A stretch of DNA of 64,000 nt from positions 74,276,001 through 74,340,000 of the forward strand of contig OX597830.1 in assembly GCA_951406725.2 (NCBI GenBank). The letters are read 5' to 3'. Positions 53,991-64,000 of the stretch are shown piece after piece. The stretch's first letter is position 1. Each line of letters starts with the position of its first letter. The DNA comes from Octopus vulgaris (taxonomy: Eukaryota). Below the pieces are notes generated by a model. That model was not told the origin of the DNA. It worked only from the letters and a program-made list of their open reading frames with translations, and did not search any database. Made by a program: the position numbers and the translations under genes.

Positions 53991-54746
53991 ATAGTCCATT
54001 TTATTGCATTGAGAGATGATATTTTACTTGTTAACATAATATAATGTGGCATTATCTAATATATGCTTAAAGTTATGCGGTTGATTTTGAAGAAAACTCA
54101 GTTTCTAAAGTCAACAGGTGGAAGTAAGTCATAAAGATTTCATTGCTACTCCTAGGATTGTGCGTATGCTCATAAATGGAAAGGAAATTTTAGTTCTTTT
54201 TCTTATAATTCAAACAACCACCTATCGATACATTCTTTGATTTGAATTGAAGATTGTTTAAAAGTTAGTTAGCTCTATACGTTATGAAATTAATGATAGT
54301 AGTAGATATGTCGATCATAATTATTTTTGTCAATTTTAAAGTTTTTATTCAGAAATGGAAGGCAACTCACGTACGCAGAGCCGAGTATGATTCACGAAAC
54401 GTTTATATCTTGTACACTGTTGCATTGAATACACTTAGCGTTTAGACGCATACATGAGTGCACGTATATCTGTGTTTACTTTTTAGCTGCTCATTCAGAA
54501 AATCAAGGGACACACGTCCGACGCTCTGAGAACACTCTGGAACAACTGAGATGAGAAAAGTTTGAAATTTTCCTCGAACCTCGATCAATGCTTGTAAATA
54601 GATTAAATAAATTTCCACCGATAAAAGGAGTAGAAAACATGCCGAGTAAAAAACATAAGTTTCCAGTGTACAAAATACTTACAAAAAAAAATAGGGGGAG
54701 GAGAGAGTGACTGAGAGAGTGAGAGAGAAAGAGAGGCAGAGACTTT

Positions 54747-54900
54747 TAGGAAGGGTATCCAGCCGTAGAAACCATGCCAACCAGATTGGAACCTTATCGT
54801 AGATCCCTGGTTAAACAGTTTTGTTCAACCGTCCAACCCATGCCAGCATGGAAAACAGATATGAAATGGTGATGATGATTTTGATGATGATGATGATGAA
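54747..54900 (+). mobile_element. 3' part of another SINE or LINE-tail family ending in (GAT)n
   Basis: AGGAAGGGTATCCAGCCGTAGAAAC..CCGTCCAACCCATGCCAGCATGG followed by (GAT)n. It resembles V-type SINE central sequence; the assignment is uncertain. Confidence 0.55.
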
Positions 54901-55202
54901 TGATGATGATCATCATTATCAATGAATGTGTATTCAAATGCGAAATCGGCTTATGAATAAATTCTAAAAATTTTCTGTGGGGAGGAAAATAAAAACTTCC
55001 TATTTGCTAAAGAATCACCGAAGTATCATTTAAGTACAAGATATTTATTTTGTAAAGCAAAATTTCCTGTTTACCCAGTACTGAAGATCAGAACAAATTG
55101 CTTTACATTATACATGCTATTAAGTATTATGTGTTTATGCTATTTTATATGTAATTATATATTATATGTTTTATATTATATAATATATATTATGTAGTTA
55201 TA

Positions 55203-55260
<58 letters not shown>

Positions 55261-55411
55261 GCGCACACACAAATGCAGATTCGGAAACAGGGTAACATAC
55301 ATCTTACATATTAATATATATAGATATTTATCTCTCTCTATTTATATATACATGCATATATGTGTGTCTGAGCATGATTCTAAGTTGTATGATTGTAAGT
55401 TTAAAAATATG

Positions 55412-55497
<86 letters not shown>

Positions 55498-55721
55498 GTA
55501 TATATATATATACATACATACATACATACATACATACAAGAGAAGCGAACAAGTTTGTATATATGTGTATGTATACGTATGCAAGTATGCGCGCGTGTAG
55601 TTGCATGTATATATATACTTATATACATGTAAAGAGCGAGAAATTCTTTTACAGAAACAACATTCATGTTTGATTTGTAGATTACGCATCAGACATAAGT
55701 ATATATATAGGTCTGAATAAG

Positions 55722-55753
<32 letters not shown>

Positions 55754-56719
55754 CGCGAGTGTCTCTGTGTGTGTACCATATACAGACACGTATGTAAAAA
55801 TATGACACACACACACACACACACATATGGTGACATACATCATGTTAAATATATTTCACTATATTATACAAGCATAAACAACCAGGCATTTTTAACTTTC
55901 TTAAATTACAGATGTACGTAGCATGAAATTCATGTCTTGTGAACGCACTGAACAAAACGTAATTGCGAAGAATGACATATTTTCATATTTTCATCCATGA
56001 TAGTTCCGACTTGTTGACCTGTCTGCTGGGCGTTAAATGGCTAACATAGCGATGGTTCATGCTGACAATTTGTACCGTCTGGAACGTTTGTTGAAAGTAT
56101 TATTGCAAAAGAAAACCATAATAGTCAAGAGATTTGTAAGATAGGCAGAAAAATATAAAGAATATAGTTTTAAACACAAACATAGAGCCGCAAATTCACA
56201 CAGCCATGATTGCACACGACCGTACACATGAACATAAACTCATCTATACACACATAAGCACACACACGCATATATACACTCTTATAATTATACATATATA
56301 TATTGACAGGTAGATTGATAGATATAGATGTTTATACATATATATGTATATGTATATATACAACATTTATATAAATAGATAGATAGGTAGATCTACATAC
56401 ATACATACATGCATATATATATATATATATATGCATATATGCATATATATATATATATATATGCATATACGTATACACACGCATATATATATATACCTAT
56501 ATGTATGCATATATATACATATGCTTACATATATGCATGTATGTGTGAATATGTGTGTATACGTACACATATATACACAAACACGCAACGATATGCACAC
56601 TCAGACAAACACACACACACACACACATATATATATACTTATATATATATATATATATATATTTAGATAGATATATATATATATATATATATATTTAAAT
56701 ATTTATATATATATATTTA

Positions 56720-56759
<40 letters not shown>

Positions 56760-57381
56760 TAGAGACACGCTCACATGTTTTGAAATATGATTTGGCAGCA
56801 ATTGTGCACCAAACTATTGGCCATTTACGGTAAATGTTGTGATAGATTTAAATGATTAATTAACATTCCATTTCATAGTATATGAGCAATAATAGTGAGA
56901 AAAATCAGAGAATATGCTGGAGGATTATTTAGAAACCAAACCTTGTTTACAATCTCTATAGATCGTTCTATTTATCTTTATCGATTCTTCATTCCTCGGA
57001 TGAACGAGTCAATTATTTTGGTGTTTCATGATCAGAAACGATTAATCAATAGGTGGTCAGCCATATTGGCTTTTGTTTTAGAGTGGTGAATTATACTTCC
57101 TCTTTAAAACATAACAAACGGGTAGAGCTAATTTGATAGCCAGCTAGCAAGCATCAGAACGTCTTTGGGGTTGTTTAACTTCATACATTCACTAGTGAAA
57201 AGTTTATAAAATTACACCGAGGGTACTCAAGAATGACACAACAATGTACCTTGAATATGCTAAAGAAGATCTTTAAATAGAATGCATTTGTTTATAAAAA
57301 AAATAATTTCTCAATGAGGATTAACCGAATTTTTTTAACCAGCTGTTAGCCTGGTGTCGTTAGGGGAGTTCATTGGGAAAA

Positions 57382-57545
57382 TCTTCTTCTTCTTCTTCTT
57401 CTTCTTCTTCTTCTTCTTCTTCTTCTTCTTCTTCTTCTTCTTCTTCTTCTTCTTCTTCTTCTTCTTCTTCTTCTTCTTCTTCTTCTTCTTCTTCTTCTTC
57501 TTCTTCTTCTTCTTCTTCTTCTTCTTCTTCTTCTTCTTCTTCTTC
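57382..57545. repeat. Perfect (TTC)n tract, about 54 units
   Basis: Directly visible. Confidence 0.97.
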
Positions 57546-57807
57546 TCCTTCTTCTTTGCCAAAAATTCGCAACGACCTCAAACCTACAAGAGTAAACAAG
57601 GGAAACAGAGACAAGCAGAAACAAGGAAAATGCTATGCAAATATTCTCTTAAAAACCTTTTCATTCAATTTTTCCAAAATTTAATTTTCTTGCATACTTA
57701 CAACTGAAAAAGCCTCAATGGCCAAAACCAGTACTAAAATGCTTTTTATAAAATAAATTTTGGCATTTTCTACCTTGGCTTTATTTTTTCCATATATATA
57801 TATATAT

Positions 57808-57842
<35 letters not shown>

Positions 57843-57894
57843 CATACATACATACATACATACATACATACATACATACATACATACATACATA

Positions 57895-58305
57895 GTCTTT
57901 TAGTCTTTTACTTTTTTACTTGTTTCAGTCATTTGACTGCGGACATGCTGGAGCACCGCCTTTTAGTCGAGCAAATCGACCCCGGGGCTTGTTCTTTGTA
58001 AGCCCAGTACTTATTCTATCGGTCTCTTTTGCCGAACCGCTAAGTGACGGGGACGTAAACACACCAGCATCGGTTGTCAAGCAATGCTAGGGGGACAAAC
58101 ACAGACACACAAACACATACACACACACACATATATATATATACTTATATACGACAGGCTTCTTTCAGTTTCCGTCTACCAAATCCACTCACAAAGCATT
58201 GGTCGGCCCGGGGCTATAGCAGAAGACACCTGCCCAAGATGCCACGCAGTAGGACTGAACCCGGAACCATGTGGTTGGTTAGCAAGCTACTTACCACACA
58301 GCCGC
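57895..58305 (-). mobile_element. SINE family A, near full length
   Basis: High similarity to 1785-2198. Confidence 0.9.
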
Positions 58306-58567
<262 letters not shown>

Positions 58568-58923
58568 TGTATGTATCTTTGCTATTGTGCAAGTTTGTTG
58601 CGAGTCGAAAATATTTCTTTTTCAGCAAACGAAAACATAATTTCACCATTCCATAGCAAAACCATTATACTAAACTTGGACAAATTTTGACATCTTGGCA
58701 TCTGAAGCAGCTGGAGGTACGCTAGTTTGACCAAAAGAACCGGCTATTGCAAGCAAAGATAAACATGGAAAAAAATCGTATTTGATTAAATTTGCACATA
58801 CAACAGTTTAACATTATAGCAACGATATATATATACACACGTATGAATACATATACACATATGCATATAATTAGCTACACACAAACACACACGAATATAT
58901 GTGCGTATAGATATGAAATTATG

Positions 58924-58959
<36 letters not shown>

Positions 58960-58967
58960 TATATGTA

Positions 58968-59000
<33 letters not shown>

Positions 59001-60699
59001 ATATATATTTATATATATGCATATGTATTAACGTGTATATTCAGAAACGTATACACAGACACACACACATACATATATACTGATAAGCATACTTTGTGAG
59101 TATATATGTGAGTATATGCGTTCATATGTGTGTATATGTAAGCGTGTTTTGGGATGGGTGTATGTGTATAAGATACTCCTCGGTCTATCAGCAATAATCC
59201 TTATGCTAGATGTTTAGTATAGAAAAGCTAAGGCTACCTCGAAAACTATCTTGTACCTACACATGGTTGCTAGATCAACTGAGGCAACATAGAATATAAG
59301 ATGCCAAAAGCGGATGTCTTCACACAGAGCACAGCATCTGTTAGTTTGTAGTACAATAGAGTATAACTTCCCGCCCTCCCCAACACATTTTCCTTACTCT
59401 CGTTGCAGTTTTTCACGCCATATATCATTAGAATTTCGACAGCTTCGAATGACATCATTTTTGAAAGTGAATTCGAAATTTCTACGTTAACTCTTAATAG
59501 TTTTTCTCTTTCTCCTTTTCCCTTCTTCCTCAGTTTCTTATTCTTCTTTTGTTTCTCTTCTTTTGTAGTTCCTCTTTACAATTTTTTTTTATTTAGATTA
59601 TTATATATTTGATTTTAACACCCGTATTTCTAACTGAACCTCTGTCTAACTTTTTCTTTCATTTTGAAGAAAATTTCAACATTTTTAATTCTTGTATTTT
59701 GTTAATTTCTTTATATTCATTTATAATTTTTTTGTTTGTGTTTTATTTATCTCATTAATATTTTATTTTATTTTTTGCATTTTAATTTCTCCATTGTCAT
59801 TCTTTCACGCTAAATTCATTTTCCTTTTGGGCATTTTTTAAATGTTTTTCTTTTAAAAAAATTACTTTGACTTTTCATACCGAGGTCCTTCTTAATACTT
59901 TTCTTGTTTTTTTCTTTTTTTTTACCTTTCAATATATTTACATAAAATATGTGCATATTTCCTAATATGCATCTATGAATACATTCACATATCTATGAAC
60001 ACAAACACACACACACACTTACGCATACACACATCCACACAAGCAAAATAATGTATTCTATAGACAAATACATACAACACGTAACTTGAATATCAGCATT
60101 ATGTTCTTAGAAATATATTTCCTGAATTTCATTGAAATATTCAACAAAATAGAAACGCTCTTTTGCTTCAGTGACTTAAGTTCTCTTTGTTGGAATTTAG
60201 ACAACGATAATCAGTCTTGACATATAAAAGAAGAAAAAAACATAGAAAGTTTTTTTTTTCAAAAAGCAAACAAACAAAAGCAATTCTTGCATTGGGGTCG
60301 GAACTTATCATATTCCCAAATGAGTACACGGTAATCATGGGTTCTTGTCCAATACTATCAATTCCTAGGACCTCGTGACAATATTCAATTGTATTTGTGT
60401 TTGTGTATATACGATGTTATCCATAAAGCGAAAGAAATGATTAATTAGCAGATTTGAGCATGTTCAAATATGTAAAGAAATTCATATCTAAAATGGCGGT
60501 TATGTCAAGAGAATACCAGCAGTTAGTTTTGCATTCAAGCAACTTACAATACGTTACAAAAACATAAATATTCTAGTAAATTTTAGATCAGCATAACAAG
60601 GTTCAGAGTCGAAATTCAGACTGGAAGGGCGAAATTTTAAATAACATATCATTCATAGTGTTCCTAGAAGTAGAAATCCTGAATTTTAATCCATTCGTG

Positions 60700-61005
60700 T
60701 GCCACTTGAAATGGTACTTATTCTATCTTTTTTTTTGTCGAACCACTAAGCTACGGGGACGAAAACACACCAAGGCTGGTCGTCAAGCGGTGGTGGCAGC
60801 GGTGGGACAAACTAAAATATACACACACATAGATATGTATATAGATATATACAACGGGCTACCTTCGGTTTCCGTCTACCAAATCTACTCACAAGGCTCT
60901 GGTCGGCCCCAGTATATAGTAAAAGTTACTTGCTTTAAGTTACTCGTTGTAGGTCTGAACCCCGAACCATGCAGTTAGGAATCAAGCTTTCTACCACACA
61001 GCCAA
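60700..61005 (-). mobile_element. SINE family A, degenerate
   Basis: GAACCACTAAG..GTTTCCGTCTACCAAATC..TACCACACAGCC. Confidence 0.75.
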
Positions 61006-61217
61006 TACTCATATTAACATAGTCATATAAACTAATAGTTTGGATCACAGTTGATGGAGCTGCTGCTAATGATTATACTGGTAGGAATTTGTGATTCTTG
61101 ATCATAGAGATGACCGACCATTTTCTCTCCTATGTCAAGTAACATATTGCTTAGGGATAAGTTATTGTATCCTTTAGACTACATTACACAAGGAATCTAT
61201 CGTTTTTTAATATGAGA

Positions 61218-61648
61218 GGCGGCGAGCTGGCAGAAAGATTAGCACGCTGGGCGAAATGCTTAGCAGTATTTCGTCTGTCTTTACGTTCTGAGTTCAAATT
61301 CCGCCGAAGCCGACTTTGCCTTTCATCCTTTCGGGGTTGGTAAATTAAGCACCAAATAGTCACTGGGGTCGATGTAAACGACTTAATCCCTTTGTCTGTC
61401 CTTGTGTGTCCCCTCTATGTTTAGACCCATGTGGGCAATAAAGAAATAAGAAACGTTAGCACGCCGGGCTAAATGCTTAGCAGTATTTCATCTATTTTAC
61501 GTTCTGAGTTCAAATTCCGCAGAGGTCGACTTTGTCCTTCACCCTTTCGGGGTCGATAAATTAAGTACCAGTTGTATACTGGGGTCAATCTAATCGACTG
61601 GCCCTCTCCTCGAAAATTTCAGACCTTGTACCTAGAGTAGAAAAGAAC
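61218..61648 (+). mobile_element. SINE family B, dimeric, with TSD
   Basis: Family B head and two central domains. Direct repeat ATGAGAGG at 61212 and 61649. Confidence 0.88.
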
Positions 61649-62726
61649 ATGAGAGGATGGATACGATAAATCTAGCAATAACACAGTAGCTACCATGTTG
61701 GATTTGTTGCCGTTGATTTCACCGATTTTGCTCTTAAAACTTAGAACCCGGTGAGTTCTGAATGCGTTATCTGTCGAAGATTATATTATATAAGACTAGA
61801 CCACGCATATCTAGCATTTAATGTTTTTAAGGCATTTTTCATTTATATATGTATATATGCTCTGCATATTACTAGATATACAGAGCATCCAACCTTCCTT
61901 AATGTGGTAGAGTGTGATTTCAATGAAAATTCTTGCTTTTCTCAGAGGTTCAGTGACCGCTGAGAGTACTCTGCAAATGTTGTACTACAATTTCTGTTGC
62001 TGTTATTGTTATTTGACAGAAGAGAAGCCCTGATCGAACAGTTTCTTTACAAATGCGTCCCATCCTTCATTATGTCGTCTAATTTTTTCATGTAAATTTA
62101 TTGTATATCTACAACTGTAATATCTGTACATCATCTTCACCATTTGAGCAAAGTATTTTGGAGGAGATTTGCTTGTTATTTATGTAATTAATTCTTAATA
62201 ATAATACATGTGTCCTCACGGAAGACATCAAAGAAGATACCTTCAATAGCAGCAACAAGCCTTCTGGCTTGGCCAGCAGTATATGAATGTAGATCCATTA
62301 AGATTAAGAGAATAAAAAAGGATACTGATTATAAGAGATACACCAATAAATATCAAGGATTGCGTATTTATATGAAGTAACAGGAATGAAAGTGTAGTAA
62401 GTTAGAAAGAACCTTGGAGATATTCCCTCATGATTGATAAAATAACGAAGTTAGCAAGCCAAGAATTGAAGAGAAAATATTTTCAGAGCTTAAATGGGAA
62501 ATTCCAATTCAGGAAAGTCACAAGTGACACCCCTTCAATTTCAGTTAATTAAAAGTTATGAATTACAATATTACATACGTGGGTATACAAATATTTTAGT
62601 AAGGTAGAAAATTTGTGTATATGAGTAGGATCCCAAGTTAAATATATAGAGAGAAACGTAGCAACGTAGATATCTAGATATGTAGATAAAAAGATAGCCA
62701 TCCACACACACATACGCACCCTACTA

Positions 62727-62761
<35 letters not shown>

Positions 62762-63196
62762 GTTTGTATATGTGTGTCTGTGAATGCATGCATGTATGTA
62801 TATAAGTATGTATGTATTTATGTATATATGTATGATTGTGTATGTATGTTTAAGCGTTGTATATGCATAACGGAAAGAGAGAGAAAAAGAAAGAAAGAAA
62901 GAAAGAAACAATGAAGGAAGGAAGGAAGAGACGAAAGAACGAATGGAATAGTGAGAGCAAAGTTAAATCTTTCTAATATATATTTTCCCATTTCTCCAAA
63001 AGAAAATGCATATACAACTACAAAAAAATGGAAACTTTATCAAAAGCGTATCTCAGAAAAATAAAGTACAACAAACGTAAAAAAAAAAGAATCAAATTGA
63101 AAAAGATATATAAATATAAAAAATAAATTTTCAAAAATTCAACGATGAAAGTTTTGTAAACAACTATCTGTCAAATTAGATATATCTTTCCCGGGC

Positions 63197-63256
<60 letters not shown>

Positions 63257-63263
63257 GTAGATA

Positions 63264-63325
<62 letters not shown>

Positions 63326-63472
63326 TATGTATATATATATGTATATATATATACGTAGATATATATGTATATATATAAATATATATATATATATATACGT
63401 AGATATATATGTGTATATATATATATATGTGTGTGTATATATATATATCTATGTACATATATATATATGTGT

Positions 63473-63519
<47 letters not shown>

Positions 63520-63872
63520 ACGGTATAAGAATGTTTTCCAGTAGGATAAATTTTGAAATGAATTTTTCGAAAAATCATAATCATCACCAAGGTATATGAT
63601 TCTCGTTTTTATTTTTGTAGCTTGCAACCATTTACTTTACCAGAAAATGTGAGTGAGAAAGCTACAGACAACGAGAGTGGTAGGGAGAGGAAGGTGACAG
63701 AAAGAGAGGGGAGTAGAATGAATGTTAGGCGCATAGATAGATAGAAATAGACGGAGAGAGAGAGAGAGAGATAGAGAGAGAATCACACAGAGGGGGAGAG
63801 AGAGGGGGGAGATAAGCAAAAGACAGTATATAAATGCTTGTACACCAAAAAATAGTAAACCAGTATACATAC

Positions 63873-63905
<33 letters not shown>

Positions 63906-63923
63906 CACATACATATATATAAA

Positions 63924-63960
<37 letters not shown>

Positions 63961-64000
63961 CATATATACAAAATGTATATATATATATATATATATACAT

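Overview
AT-rich, microsatellite-saturated eukaryotic non-coding DNA. It is probably coleoid cephalopod (Octopus-like), inferred from the repeat landscape only. No intact host gene is supportable, and nearly all ORFs in the track are simple-repeat artefacts. The window holds three tRNA-type SINE families, decayed LINE fragments (CR1/L2-like RT, a possible L1/Tx1-like piece), two mariner relics, a Helitron-like element, a Penelope-like element (PLE) fragment (YADD RT + GIY-YIG) and several long palindromes. The main hidden signal is about a dozen type-I hammerhead ribozyme (HHR) motifs from several unrelated repeat families. These include a near-identical 404-bp head-to-tail tandem with one complete HHR per unit (581-1371, non-LTR retrozyme architecture, predicting a 404-nt monomer/circRNA), a ~435-bp fold-back with HHRs in both polarities (8827-9261), and an intact HHR beside the PLE RT (8120-8202). 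All structures were read by eye, and no folding or database search was run.
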